Notes: a model not told the origin generated them from the letters alone. A stretch of 64,000 nucleotides of DNA from Octopus vulgaris (GCA_951406725.2 OX597826.1:16058001-16122000), one strand, 5' to 3'. Positions 40,199-55,800 are shown, counted from the first letter of the stretch. Translations and numbers: made by a program.

Positions 40199-43100
40199 TG
40201 TGGGCAGAATCTTGAATGGAAAAAAATTCCCGATCAAAAATTGCTATGCACTTCTGGCATACATCATTCTCTCCGTAAATAGTACACTTACTGCGGGTTT
40301 TCGCGGCTTTTCATTTTTCAAATAAAAAGGCATGATTTGTCAAAATCATTTTAAGCGCACAAGCACTATCTATCTCAACACAAATTCGCATCTAACTACG
40401 TTAGTATGTCAGCTATCTAATGAGTATGCATCTGCATAAGATAAAATGTGAACGCTGTGTTTGGCGAACCCAATATTCAAGAAAAATATTTCATTCTGAG
40501 ATAAAAAGAACAAACGTTATTATATAATAATTTAATGCACGTCTTTACTTTACATCTCATTTTATATATATTCTGCGTGAAACAATTTTTCATATATTAG
40601 TCAATGGCGTCATATTTAATTTTATACACAATCTTACATAACAACCCGTTCATGCTAAATAGTTGTATGACAACCGTAATTATTCATAAAATAACTGAGC
40701 ACACAATATGCCATAAATATTAATTTACTTTAATACATATTTATTGATTGCTTGATTCTTTGTTATATATATATATATATAACTTGAACACATGTTATGA
40801 CATGATGAAAATATCCAAACCGAAATTTATTTAAATGTTCCAATACATTTTCTTTATCTATTAAAATCATTTTGAAAAGTTCAATGATATATAATCGATA
40901 GACGTACACATTTCAGTGAGTAAATACTGTCTTTGTTTGTTGCTTTGCCGAGGTCTATTTTGCTTTTAATAATTTCTGTGTCCATGAAATATGCACTAGT
41001 TTGGTACCAGGTACCAGTAATCGACTATTTCCTTCTCTCCAAGTTCAGAACTTATAAATTCTAAAACATATTCAGAACACTTTTTCAGAAAAAAAATATC
41101 CGTTCAGTTGGAACAGCGAAGACAAATTTATGTTGGGCAAAATAAGTGAGAAATATTAAGGTAATTCTGCCGCTTCAGATTATAAGAATTGCTTTTTCAA
41201 AAACTAATCATAAGCATAAAGTCAATATGATAAGAAATGCAGTAAAACATTTTAAATTACTAAGGTAAATGAAAGCGGTTCATGGAAAAATGCCCTGTGA
41301 TATGAAATGAACGAAACTCGACTAGGTCTATGATCTCAACGTAAAGTTGAGATCTATAGCTTCCTCGGGATCTGCTAGATTTGCTCTCTTTGTGATATAT
41401 TTACATGTCATACAATTAGAGAAGAAATTATCCAAGTATTTAATTACCAATTTCAATTACAATCGAGTTGCGTTTGAGGAAATATTTCTCACTTTGTACC
41501 TGTCACCTGAATCTTTCAAACTCCACATCAACAACCATAACTATGCCGACCAATTTTTACTCTGTAAGACAATGGAACAGTTCAAAATTATGATACAACC
41601 CTTGCAATGTAACGGTTTCAAACAAGTACAGAAAAATTAACGAAAAATAAGAAATTACTCATGCTACTCCACTTACGCATTTTACCCCGCACCCTATACA
41701 TTGTAAGCGAGTTGATGATATTTTGTAACCTATCTAACAGACTTCACCACATTTTCCATCTATCCAAATTTTATGAAATCGTTTTAGTCCCCGTGACAAT
41801 AAATAAGCCAGTCATGTTAATTTACTCCCAAACCTCATGATTGCATAGCGAATGTCTTAGTCCGTTTGTGATGCTTCAGATCTTAGGCACACATACAAAT
41901 CGCAACACTTCATACAAAGACAAATTAGGATATGGTTTTTGTGGAAATCGAAATAGGGTGAGAAATAAAGAGTATTTTTTATTGTTTAGTAGATTTAATT
42001 TGTGGGAGAAAAAAGACTTTTCGTGTTTGTGTTGGAGAATCCTAGCAGAGCTGTTAATTGGAGAATATTACTATGTGACCACATGAGTGACCAAACAAAA
42101 TAGTGCCGGATTACATCGGCGTTGCTGAAAATGTCCATATGCTCAAAGGAATATTTTCTTAAAACCAAACATTTTACCTGTCTACAATCTAGTGGAGAAT
42201 TGGTAAAAGTGTCTACAAAAAGTGCATGTCCAAATTTGAACTGGATCGGGGTGAGTAGCTGTACAGGAGGAAAGTAAGTCATCGAAATTAGAAATATTGA
42301 GCATTCAAGGATAGGTGGGCTGAACCTGGTTGAATTATCTCTCATGAGATCTATCGCACCTGGGAAAAGCCATTGACAAGCTTTTCCTCTAAGTATCAAA
42401 ATTAATTATTTCAGTGTGAACATACCTGCATCGATATCATCAGCTAAATATCATAGAGAAGTTTGATGAACATATTTACTTTGAACGGTTTGTCGATAAT
42501 GACGCCATGCCATATATCAACGCCGGAAAGGCATACATTGGTCTTTGACACACAGCAGATACATGTGCATTTACGACAGTATCTTTATCATGTGAGAATG
42601 TGATAATCAAATGAAGAATCTTTAATTATATGCATAGATTCTGCAGCAGTTGTTAATTATCACTGCAATTGCAAACGTAATCTTATATGATGTTATGTCT
42701 TAATAAAGGCACGTCAAATCAACCTTAGATAAAAGGTGTTAAATCTTAGATATTTATAGTGAGGATCAGATAAAACGTAGAGCTTAGATTGTAGGTGATC
42801 CCACATTCTGTTTTGATTCACAGTTATCCATATATCATGTTGTCAACAGAGTTAATCGCCTTTTGAATAGTATAATTTTTATTACATCAATTCCAATTAA
42901 TCCCAAATGCTTTATCATTTATCACCAAACATATTTTTTAAAAGATTTCGCGTTCGTTGATTATCAATGGGAAGTAGTTGGCGAAAGTAATATGCAAAAT
43001 GCAATATGCGCTCGCTGATGAATTAATGCTCATTGACATTTGGCACAAAATATGCAAATTAAATTCATACAAGCCATACATTAAGAACGATTCCAAATCG

Positions 43101-43274
43101 CCATTTCTTTATGGTAATTATGAGATGTAGTACGGTTAATAAAATGATATAAGAGGTTGAAGATGATGAAGTGGATGCAGAGTATGGGGATTACCATATG
43201 AGTAGAGGAGGCATTGGCAGGGATGATGACGATGACTACCATCAGCCCGTTGATGATGACGACGACGACGATGC

Positions 43275-43317
<43 letters not shown>

Positions 43318-43974
43318 CAGGAGGAGGAGGAGGAAATGGAGGATTGTCTAACAAAACGGCAATACAGAAAGAAAGAAAGAAATGTTGCGAAATATGAATA
43401 ATATAAACTAAAATAATAGAAACAGAAATCATGTCTTCATAAAAAGGAGTTAAAAGTATAAATACAGAAATATAATTAGAAAGAATAAGCCAGAACTATT
43501 ATAAATTCGAAATACATTACGAAGAGGGAAGGAGAGAATAACGTTGAAACTGTGAGAGAGATGCAGAGATGAAAAATAAGAATAGCTCATTCAAGTGATT
43601 TAAAATATTGACAGATCAACTCTTGCGTGAGGAAAATTGCAAGAAATTTGCATGAATCAGTGAAAAGGAGGTCGTTATGGAATGTAACATTTTGTTATGT
43701 TTTTTGTAATTTTGGTGCTAAATCTCAAGTGCGGAAACAAAAAATACTAAACCTTAACATTTTAGCGTCATTTATGCTAATTAGTAAGTTTTCATATGAG
43801 TGTTCTCTATCCTTCTTTCGGTGGTGGGTCATATATAACGGTAAAATATACCAAACTCTAAATTTGTTTGGCATTGGTGTTGGGATTCCTCATTATTAGG
43901 ATAATGTAAAGTAACTTAACGCTTAAACTAGTTTATAGTTCTTAACTGCTTCTCGTTCGCGAGTGATTTTTACT

Positions 43975-44525
43975 AGAAGTTCTTGGGAGTGTCCATGGGA
44001 ACAAGAATGTCCCCAACTATGCGAACCAGTTCGTTGACTACGTTGAGGCCCAAATATTCTCAAGTTTCACTTGTTCCATTCCCGAACTATACGGTCGTTA
44101 TATTGACGACTGTAGCGATGCGACCTCACTCTCCCGCGAATTTCTAGATTCTTTTCTCTCTTTTATCAAATCCTTCCATCCTGCACTCAACTCTCCAGCA
44201 CTATTTCTGACACTTTCTCAACCTTTCGGTCAGTAGTCATTACTTCATTCTCACCACTTCCATCCACTACAAGCACACAGATTCACATTCATACCTCAAC
44301 TTCCCCTCCTCCCACCTAAACACACCAAGCTCTCCATCCCCTATTCCCAATTCATCCGTCTACTCAGGCTCTGAAGTGATGGCCATAACTCTGAGACTCA
44401 TAGCTCGCCACTTCATCCGACGTGGATATCCCCTCACCACCTTCCACACCTCGCTTGCCGGAACACGTTCCATGGACCGTGCAGCTGCTCTCTCCCCACG
44501 CACCTGCCCCGGAACTGCTCCTGGT
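43975..44525 (+). mobile_element. Decayed PLE RT fragment
   Basis: GVSMGTRM.PNYAN, YGRYIDDC, HYKHTDSHSYLNFPSSH, SIPYSQFIRL and FIRRGYP. Confidence 0.75.
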
Positions 44526-44954
44526 TACCTGAAAAGCCGAAGTTCAAGTCACTTTAGAATTATTGAAAGATTAATGTAAAAGAGCAGCCACTATAATAGT
44601 GAAAATAATCCGATATATTTCCATGGTCTCTTCAACGGCACGTTGCAAATATAACCCCTAGGCGTAAGAGATTTTCTATCTCTTTTGATTTCATTACATC
44701 GATCATTATTCATCTGACGTTATGTAGATGCCCACAATACAGAATTCCATACCTGCTGTAACACATTTAACTTACAAATCAAAGACTTCTAGTTACCAGT
44801 TATGAGCTTTCCTAATTAAAAATTTGTCTTCAGAAACAACTGGACATAAATGAACTGAACAATTTGGGAGTATGGTCAAAGCTCCTTGGGATTTTACCAT
44901 CGGTCCTGTACTAAATATTTAGGCATACATATAAATATATATCTATAGGTACAT

Positions 44955-45393
44955 AAGGAGGTATCCACTCACCACATGTCCTTCGAAGAAAGGCTGAGGA
45001 CGCTCGACCTTTATTCTCTTGAAAAACGCCGCCGCCGTGGTGATCTCATTCTCGCCCACAACATCATAAGCGGGAAGTGTAACCTCTCGAAAGAGCTGTT
45101 CTTCACTCCTGCTCCGGAGCGTCGGCTGCGGGGTCATTCCGAAAAGCTCTACCTGCGACGATTTCATCTCAATCGAAGGAGAGGAGCTTTCTCCGTCCGG
45201 GTTGCGGATCCGTGGAACAAGCTGCCAGACGAGATGGTGAAGATGCCGACGACCGCTTTGTTCAAAGCCTCCCTGGACCTCAAGTGGCCTGAACTCGTTA
45301 CATGAACACCACCCTGTACTTAACTCCATGTCCCCCTACATGGCCTTGCTATTTGCTTTTGAGCCAAATTAACTAACTAACTAACTAACTAAC
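44955..45393 (+). mobile_element. CR1-clade LINE 3' end with a (TAAC)n tail
   Basis: SFEERLRTLDLYSLEKRRRRGDLI..RGHSEKL..FSVRVADPWNKLP, then a short 3' UTR and (AACT)n. Confidence 0.88.
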
Positions 45394-45629
45394 ATATGTT
45401 CACCTATATACACACATACATACACTCACACCCACATATGCATGTATGTATGTATGTATGTATTCATATGCAGGTGCAGGTGTGGCTGTGTGCTAAGAAA
45501 ATTGCTTCGTTTTGGGTTCAGCTGCATAGCATGGCTTCCTGGACAGATGTGTTTTACTATAACCTCGGGCCGACCGAAGGCTTATGATCGGATTTGGTAG
45601 ACGGGAACTGAAAGAAGCCTGTTGTGTAT

Positions 45630-45658
45630 GTGTGTGTGTGTGTGTGTAAATTAGATAA

Positions 45659-45716
<58 letters not shown>

Positions 45717-45728
45717 GGATGGATGGAT

Positions 45729-45801
<73 letters not shown>

Positions 45802-45858
45802 CATACATACATACATACATACATACATACATACATACATACATACGTACATACATAG
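45630..45858. repeat. Compound TG/GATA/GGAT/TA/TACA microsatellite
   Basis: Read directly from the sequence. Confidence 0.95.
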
Positions 45859-48227
45859 ATTGTTAGAATTTAGCTATAATTGGAGGCATAATTGTTGATT
45901 TCAACATTTCACCTTTCCACATTTCCTTCCTTGTCATTCACCAAATTCACTATGATATATACCTGCATGAATAATACAGAGTTACCTTTAAATATATGTT
46001 AATGCATTAAGACTGCAGATCTTCAGAGAGGTGTAAATATTAGCGAGTATCGCGCGGAGATGATTCATATAAAATTTATTATTTCAAACCAAGTTGAATC
46101 AGTAAATGGTTAAACTTGATAAGAAGAGGAAAATTAAGACAGTGAATCAATGCAAATATATAAATATGAGCGCCCAGACAAACTCACTTATACACACACA
46201 GATATCACAGATAATGTGGACACGACGAACATTTTAATGCATACATGTGTATTTCAATGTATGTATGTAAATATATATATGAATATATTTGCGCGCGCAG
46301 ATGTGTGTACGTGTGTCACAAAACATTTACATAGTGAGTTTATTGTATTACCGATGAAAAGTACAGCCAAAATTGATATAAGATCTATCACAGTTTTCAA
46401 TTAATTTGCTATTCTAATCACATTCGTTGACACAATCTTTTAATCATCATGACTCTAATGTTCGTCTCCGACCTGAATTGACCACGGCGTGATTTGCAAC
46501 AATTATTATGAATGGATATGACAATAACCAGTTAAATAACATCCCTGAAATTAAAGACAACCATATTAGTTGTAATGAGAGAATTATTCCGAAAACTTAA
46601 GTATTTCTCGGATTTACAAATTCAGTAATACAATATTTCACTGATTTAAATTTGCAATGGGACATGTCTTCTTTGCTCTATTATGAGCTTTGTTACATGA
46701 GAAGGGGAATTTTATCGCGAGCTAAATTATATTTCGATGCAAATACACCAAAAAGCACTTTTAACCCAATAAGAATCGTATAACATTCATAAAATCCAAC
46801 GCGTATAATCTCTTGCATATGATGGCCGTAAATCGAATGGAATATTACAAAGGAAGAGAATCTTTTTGCTAATACTATGCACCCCAACCGAACGTCCCTT
46901 TTGGCAGTGACTCATGGTATAATAAGTGCCATAATCTAAAAGGTTTAATACTATGCAATCAACGAAATGCACTCATCGTATATTATGAGAAAAAAATTGC
47001 CATTATTAAAAGTCACCTGACAAGACAGAACCTATGTGGAGAAAATCTATTTTTTCCTATATTAATTATTTATACGTTTTTGTTGCTATTTCATCTTAGA
47101 GTTGAAAGATACTTTTTTCATCTTAGAACTGAAAGATACTTTTTCTGTTTTTTTCTCGAATAGGAAAATAAATTTATACGAATACCACAAGTACTTTCAG
47201 TAGCATAAGAATGAAAGCTTCACTCGCTGTACATATGAATAAAAGTGCAGTAGAGGAGTGCATCAGTGGCGTATGGACATGAAGTGATTCCATTACACTA
47301 CACTGGATATGAGAGCATGGAAGAATATTTTGGTCATAAAGTCTGAAAGTGTCAAGGATCAAAGATCCTTCTCGAGCTTCGTAAGGCCGGTTCCAGAATT
47401 TTGTGTCATGTATAATACCCTCTTGCAGAGATGCTGCTTTTTACGACATGAGTGGACTGGAGCAACAAGACAGGAAGTATTTTGCTTAAGAACACAACGT
47501 ATAGCTTGGTCCATTAATCGGAACAAATGTGTATGATTATGCGTGCAGCATCCTTACAACTAAACCACGCATCTCCATAACAATTATTAAAAGATAATGA
47601 TCCATGCAGGAAAGAGCATTTTCCCATATTCAAACGAAAAGCAGTCTGAGAATAGAATAGCTGTTGCTGTTCTATTTTTGTTGGTTTCATTAAAGCTATG
47701 ATATGAGCCGAATTCCATTTCTACAGTTATTTGAAATAACGCCTACAGCAGCGTCCACTTTCTTTGAAAAAAAACCCAGATGCTTCCATACACAGACTGA
47801 CACGCACAGGCATGTCAGTCCTGAGCTGTTTCCATTCTGAGAAATGAACAGAACACAAACAGGTTTGAAGAAGAAAACGACGAAGGTATGCAGTAATAAC
47901 ATTAAATGCTAAAAGTTTGTGAAAACCATAAAGAGCCCACAAAGTGCCTATCGCCAACAAGTAAATCAAGCAGCTAGTTAACCCGTGCACACGACTACCA
48001 CCAAGAAAGACAAAAAAGAAAAGATATTGGTAATCCACAATATAAAACCCATAACCATACTAAAAACAAAATAAGAACAAAAATAATAAGAGCAAAAAAT
48101 GAACAGCAATACAGGCGGTGTCCCTTTCAACATCACTGAACTCGAAATGAAATGCAATGCCTCGTTAGTGCAATAATCAAAGGAAGAAGATCACGCAATT
48201 TATCTTGCAAGCGATAACGAGGAGTAG

Positions 48228-48322
48228 TCAAGTACGGCCCGAAAGAGAAGTTTCTGAAGTATATAGGCTGAGCTGTTCTTCTGGCTGCAGCTGACTGCTC
48301 TTAACTGGATCCTCCATTTCAT
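48228..48322 (-). CDS. Candidate terminal coding exon of an unidentified host gene
   Basis: A long poly-T then CAG acceptor, followed by EMEDPVKSSQLQPEEQLSLYTSETSLSGRT*. The downstream sequence is non-repetitive and UTR-like. Confidence 0.3.
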
Positions 48323-48451
48323 CTGAAAAAAAAAAAAATACAATTCGTATTTCTGTACTTATTATCCGACCAACAAACTGGAAATGTGATGGGGTTCCGT
48401 GGGATACACTAAGAAACTAACAACAAAAACAAAACAAGAGCAACAACAACG

Positions 48452-48482
<31 letters not shown>

Positions 48483-49057
48483 ATACTACTACTACTGTTC
48501 AGTTTCTTAGAATCAATATTGGTGAATCAATATTACGAGATATCTAACTTCCAGCATCAATAACCATGTAACGTAATTCAATTTTGGAATTGTCAAGGGA
48601 CAGCCAAAATATGCATTTTGTGTCTCAAGTGTTATGGTACATATTTCCTCTGTTTTTCTATAGGAAAACCAAGAAAAAATGTTCAAATGAATTATTTGTG
48701 GAAGAGATTTATTGGCAATTTCATTTCGAGTACTTTCCTTCGCAAGAAGTTTTTTTATTAATACAACTACTTATATTAAAATATCTAGAAACGACACCTC
48801 TAAGAAACAACGTTACAGACAAAACCGAGTTTAAATTTAGGAGGCTTTTCTTAAATATTTCAGTCTTAGACTATGGAGCTTCGGGGATGTTCAACTCTCC
48901 AAGATTTTTCACCTTTCCTTCGTCTGGAGAGAGCCACAACCATAGTGGGGTTAATGCTACACATCCTTCCCCTACTCTTTTCCACCACTCCTCCCCTCCC
49001 GCGTGCACTACTTTCACTCCTTCCTCTACATCATTCATATCTCTTTTTATTCATATA

Positions 49058-49125
<68 letters not shown>

Positions 49126-49302
49126 TTGCAACTACTACTAGTACTAATACTACTAATACTAGAAGTAGTAGTAGTAGTAGTAGTAGTAGAGCTGCAGCTG
49201 CAGGTGCCGCTGCTGGTGCTGCCGCTGCTTCTGCTGGGGCTGTTGCTGCTACCACTACTACTACTGCTGCCGCTAGTGCTGCTGCTGCTACCGCTGTCGC
49301 CG
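49058..49302. repeat. Compound triplet repeat (TAC)n/(TAG)n/(GCT)n
   Basis: Read directly from the sequence. Confidence 0.9.
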
Positions 49303-50759
49303 CGTCTCTTTACGTCTTTCGGGTAGAGATCTATATATTTTTTTGTTTTTTTGTTTTTCCTTCAACCTGAGCATTTACAGACAAATAAATAAATGAACGA
49401 AACTGGTATTTCCGAGAAGACATCAGTAATAGAAGAGCGCTTGAAACGTTAATTTGGTGAGCAAATCAACTGCACCAAAAAACCCCACCATCACGAAATG
49501 GTAACTGTAAAGACAACTACAACAACGACAAAAAAATGTCAAAATAAACTAAAAAAATAGACGGTGACTGTAATAGAACCAAGAGCAGGGTCATCGCCAG
49601 CCACGCCCTATGACATATATCCGATGATGGAATCGGCAGTAAAAGCATGTCTACAGTGAACCGCAAAAGTAATTATGAGCTTAGGAATCTACATCATTAG
49701 CTATATCTTTGATACGAAGCTTTGAAGTTCTTTTTCCCAAATACTGTAGTAACAGAGTATTGACATGTGTGTCAGGCAATATTTGGAATCATGATTTTCC
49801 CGCTTGCACTCTTTTATGTACAGTACATAGGAGACCATACGCTACAAATAAAATTATTTATCTCAGGGTTTCTGTAAGTGTTGCCACCGAATTTTCTTTA
49901 GATGATGGAACTGAAACACCATGGTATTTACAAGGAACAGGTATATTAATCTTTTGTGAATCTGGTTGATAAATTCTTGTGGGAAGAAACAATACATACG
50001 ACCGAAATTTTAAATAGATATTCCATTCAGTGAAATGCATCGTATCAAGAATTCCTTGTAGAAATATAGACTTATCTTTCTATATATATATATATATTTT
50101 ATGGCATAATTTTATCCGCGCTTTTATTTGTTATTCTTTGTTACGCACGAGTATATGCATTAATTATTTTATTATGGTTCTCTTAAAAGTCGTTATTTTT
50201 ATCATTTCCTTTTCTCTTTTTCTTTATCATTTATGTTTGTCTTTAAATATGTATAAGATTTTAGTGTTTTGCCATGTTTCAGGTAACTTTTCAAAAGGCA
50301 GACTCTATATCTGAGACATGGTTTGAATAGAAATATTATGCTATATCAGAAAACAGAGAATTAGTTAATAGCAAAGCTTTGTTGCTAGGCACCGCTCAGG
50401 AGTACACTTCCAAACTTATCAAAAGTTTTGTTTGAAATAAATCAAACCATATTAGGTTATTACTGTAGAAGCCAGTTGGGATCCGGAGACCCAAGAAAGG
50501 ATTTGGAAGTGTATTTGAATAGCTCTGAACGAAATATTAAATAATGATGATGATGATGATGGTGATGATGATATTTACCACCAGGGCAGAGGATGAGGTA
50601 GATAATACGAAAGATATATAAAGCGTGCGTGTGTTGGGGAAGTGCATATAATGAAATGATAAAATAAAATGAATAATAATAAAAACAAAGTATCCACGGT
50701 ATACAGTGGAAATGAAAGGAAACTTACTTTACTATACAAAGGTTAATGAAAAAAGTGGG

Positions 50760-51120
50760 AGGTTGATAGAGCGATGCTAAACGATTCTGATAGGTGGCCA
50801 CTTACATTGGCCACCGAACAGCTGTTGCTGTAAGAAGTCGCTGTACATTGCAACGATTCAGCCCCTGAAAATGGGACCCAAACCAGCTGCCGCGAGAACA
50901 GCCTCCAGGTGTTGGTGGTCGACCCTATCAACAGTTCGATTACTCCAAGTTGATCAGGGCCTCACCTATAACAGGATCATTACCAACCCTCTATATGATG
51001 TAGCGCTTAAGGTGGAGGTCATGGATAATTCTGTTTGAAACAGCGCAACCCTGCGTATCACCATTCAGCTTATCGACGACAAGCACCAACCTCTAGGCTA
51101 ACACCTTGGCTAAAATTTTA
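50760..51120 (-). mobile_element. Old Tx1-like RT fragment
   Basis: Colinear homology to 31310-31640 (KILAKVLA, HLKRYII, ALINL, DRVDH). Confidence 0.7.
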
Positions 51121-52888
51121 ATAATATATGAACATCATTTTCTTTTGTATAACTGTTGTAGGCCCCTGTTTTTACTTAGTAATTTTTTTTATATATGTGT
51201 GAATGTTTTCGTTTATGCTGATGCCTCACGTTAGACTTATCCTGGTGTATCTATGATTTTTGTGTTGATGTGAGTTTTTTTAATTATTTTTATGAGAGAT
51301 TTCGTGTTGCTGCGCCTTCGTATGCAGCTATCAGTTTGTTGACGTTCTGGTCGATAGAAATCGTGACAGTTCTTTTAATATACTGGCGTAATCATGAATG
51401 AAATCTTTTTCTTTTGAGTTTGCTATTGTCAGGTTGCCCTCTTTTTTCCACGTATATAGACTTATGTATAATTGTAAATATTGGTTCAAATGATTTACCG
51501 AGAAATATTGTACTTTGGCCGAAAAACAATGCTCATTCATACAGAGAAATTGAATGTGAATTTTAGTATTACACATTATATTTTATGTAGGCATACGAAA
51601 CTTTATTTTTAGGATCGTTCAACTGTTGATATGACATTAATTGAAATTCTGAAACTCACAGTAAGTGGACGTGGACCAAAATATCAATCCGGGCATCATT
51701 ATAAAAAAAGAATTGAATTATAATTACCATGAAAGTACCTGGAGATTTTTTACACGCTGACAAAGTATCATTAGCTTTTGCTAATTCTGAGAAAATGTAA
51801 CACATAGAACCAACGGCAGTTGTGTATTCTATTATTTATCGACGTAGTAACGATGAAAATAAAATGTTAAGTCGGTGTCAGTTGAAAGCGGAAAGCCGCA
51901 GAGGAAATAGCGCTGGAAGCACTCCTGTCTGGTGTTTCAATAATGCTGGTCATCCACTGTCTTTTGTAATTAACAATTACAATGATATACTAATCATAAT
52001 TTGTGTACGGAATTTTATTATACGAATATAATAGCCAGTGATGTCATACTGGACGTAGACGACAGAATTATAGTATAATTAAAAACTGACTATGGCAACA
52101 AAACAACAATAATGATAATTTGAATCTATTTGTTTTTAAAGACGATATATCATATTTTTATATGAGATATTTGTAAATATTTTCAAACGTCACTTTCAGA
52201 ATCAATAATCCACATTGATTAATATTTACTGGAATAAGATTTGAATTCTGAAACATAAGACGCTAAATTAAATATCAGTAACCATTTAACAGGATGCTGT
52301 CAGGAAATTTCGAATATACCGTATTTAATCGAGAATCAAGAAAAAAAAAAGTATCAGTTATACGTTAGTATTAGAGAATGCGGTTGGTGTTGCAGAGGAA
52401 CATATGCGCCTCTAGCGAAGGAAACGTAAGTAGGTCTAGTTATTATAATGGTGATGATTTTCTTCAAGTTGAATTGGTGTTAATGACGATGGGTTTATCA
52501 TATACATGATGATAATGATGCTGAAAATGATAATGATAATTTTCATGCTAATAGCAATAATGAGAAATTTGCGTGGGATTTTAATGATAGGAAATGATGA
52601 GGGAGATAGCAATAAAATCTTGATAACCGTAGTCTTGATTTTCCAGTTCATGTTCATGTATGCAATTATGCTTCTGTTGAAGATGAACAGGCGTGGTGTG
52701 GAATTTACTAGCAGTTAAAAGGATTCAAAATATATAATTCAAATGGAAGTGCATTTAAAGAAAGCTATGTTAAAATGCTTAGTCTCCTCTAAAGAAAATT
52801 AATAATTAAAGGTTGTCAGTGTCATGCGCACATCATCAATAATCATAAATTCCAGAAATTTCAGAGTTATAACACTCTTGTCAGAATA

Positions 52889-55800
52889 CTAGCGGGACCC
52901 GCAGAATTTCCACGAACCGATTAATAGAATGTTGAGTAAATAATAAACATTTTCTATATGTATGTATGCATAACAATAACGCATTGAAGAAAGGAGTAAA
53001 TAAAATGTCTATAAATATATAATAGAATGAGATACTTAGGCAGCAAATACTAGAATTGCATATGATTGTACAGTTCTATTTACAAATACATAAAGTTTAG
53101 CTACTAATTCTAGCCTTTTTTTAACATATAATATTCAGAGGCTGGGAAAATAAAGAACACATTGAAAAACTTGGGAGTGTTCATGATGTGTGCAAAGATT
53201 GCCAATGCCAATCAGTCAATGGTACCTACCCCCCCCCCCCCCCCAACATAGAGCCATGCCGGTTTCCTCCGATATAAATACAGAAAACAATAGATCTACA
53301 CATGTACAAAATTATACAATACATGCCACATATAAATAGTTTCCTCTTTTGAATGATATTCCTTTGTGTGTGTGCGTGTGTGTGTATTGTGTGTATGTGT
53401 GTGTGTGTGTGTGTGTGTATGTGTGTGTGTGTGTGTGCATATAAACCAAGGACACATACCTAATGCAATCAAGAGTCTCCAGAATTTCTGAAAACACTCG
53501 GCAGACGATGTTCTTAGTAACAGTGCGTCCTCTTCTCCTTCCTTGTCTGTCTGTCTCCATCACCTTAACTCTTACAACTGAGAGTCTGTGAGTTCTAAAG
53601 TATGCCACATACAACGGCCCGTGACCGAACACTGGCTGAAGTAAGAACAATCCCACCTTCTCAAATGACCTCTCAACAGTCATGTCATATGACAAACGGA
53701 CAGGTAACTGGGTTTTCTCCATGGTGAATGGCAAGTTACGGTCGCTGGGAGCCAAAAATATTCTAGGGATGAGGACACGTCTGCCAATTAGTAAGCCGCT
53801 AAATAAGAAAGCCTCGATTTTGATGCACGCCGCCACTTTAATTTTCGTACCATTGTAGATTCTGGATAGAAATGTTGCGGAGAAACATTACTATTGAGTC
53901 AGGTTTTAAGCTCAATTTATCAGGAAGCATTCCTGAAGGTGTCAAAGAGTTTAGAAATTCAAGGGGATAGCGTTCAGCCTCAGCAGGATCATCTGTCAAA
54001 ACTTTATCTGTACTATAATAGGTGCGGCAGTCACCTGGAAGCAGTCTCAAAACTTCTTCATTGATCAGGAGGCAGTCTGAGTTCTTTGGCAAAAGAATTA
54101 CTTCTCTCTTGCTCATATGTATTGTTGAAGATATCATCCATCAACACATGGAATTTGAGATACTTCTGTGTCATCAAAAGCAAGGTTGAATCTTTTGGAG
54201 CTGCATATGTTGCGCTGCCAAGATGCAAGCGCCATGTTGCAAATTGCCTTTGATCTGTTGTCCTCATGTTTTTAGGCTTAGATGAAATTCAGCCATAGAG
54301 GAGAATTTTTGATACAGACTTCAATAATTGCCTCAAGAGTTCCTCTTGGAAACATGAGTACTACTTGCCTAAATTTTCCCCCGAGAGCACAACTTTACCA
54401 CCAAAAACAGCAGCAAGGCTTTATCAATAGCATGCAGTGAAAATGAAGGGATCATAGAAGCCTCATCCAAGATGATTGAATCCAGGTTTCGTAAATGATT
54501 TGCATGGTCTGAAATGGCTGGTACATTACACACACTGGTCTCTGACTGTAACAGGCAACTTAAACAAACTATTGATATTCTTTCCACCTGACAGTATTGT
54601 AGAGGCATTGCCTATGCAAGCACCACTGCACACATTGCAGTTGTTCCCTCGCATATAAGAATTTTATGGTAGTAAATATATAAGTTTTACCACAACCTCT
54701 TGGTGCATCTACATAGAAACAGGAGTGCTTGGGCACCTCACCTCTCCTCTTTTCTACATATTCAAGCACAGCATTAGCAATGAGTCTCTGTTCATCAGTA
54801 AGTGTTGCAATGCCTGGGTGATCGAGGTCTTCCTGATGGTCAAGCTGCGGAGCTCCAATAGGTCCAGGCAGCCCATTTGCTAAACAATTAATGCCATTCT
54901 CTATCAGGATTGCATCAATTGAATACAGTGCGATTTTTTATGCGTGTTTTGAATCAAAACCTTGGTGCAAGAAATCTTCAATCATGGATTCCTTTTGAGT
55001 GGTCCAGAGGTGAAGAGCATTTGCAGGGTTCATATACGTGCACAGGGCAGCAAAGATAACACGCAATTGTAAGAGCAACCGACAGGCAGCAGCTTCTAGC
55101 AATGCATGTTCCAGTATGTCACCGTTTCAGAGAAGACCATATCTCAAACATGCTGCTTTAAATGTTGGCAAGATTTCTCATTCTACAGAGCGTAAATCCT
55201 GGAAGTGTGCGCCGCCTGAAACATGCAGTAACATTTGTGAGTGAAATTTTTCTGTCTCTCTAGCATTCACGGTATATGTTGCCTTGGTGTCCATGTTTTT
55301 GTGCGCTCATTAAACACATAATGCAGCGGAATGTTAGGGTACAAATGGTTCCTTGCATCATCATGATGCTTATTCAGTTTGAACCATGCAGTGAGGGTAG
55401 TGTCACGGTCCCTCTGTGCTTGTTGAGCATTGCCTCTGTGAAAATAAACTGGTATTGCAAAGCGGGGTATCATTTTCTCCAACAAACACTGCTACTATTT
55501 CAATGCTGGTTGGAAAATTGTAACGCCTGATACCGGATCTTCTCCTGGAGCGTAACTCACATCTCCATATTTGTACATTGTCTCTTCCGGTTCTCTCCTC
55601 TTCTTGTTATTCAACTGCATGCATGTTCTTGTACAATTCTACATAAGGATTAATTTGGTGGATAACTTCACTTATTTTTCTCATGGTTACAAGGGAACAC
55701 TCAGAATTTGAGGTGCATTCATCCTGTGCTGCATGGCTTCATCCGCATCAATGATGTATAACTGGCCGTATTGTGGTTGATCATTAGCAGGATGCCGGGT

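Noticed and set aside
43136-43432. Acidic or poly-His ORFs
   Set aside because: (GAT)n/(GAG)n repeat with no splice or domain evidence.
48873-49370. Poly-T/S/A, poly-L and poly-Y ORFs
   Set aside because: These are translations of compound triplet microsatellites.
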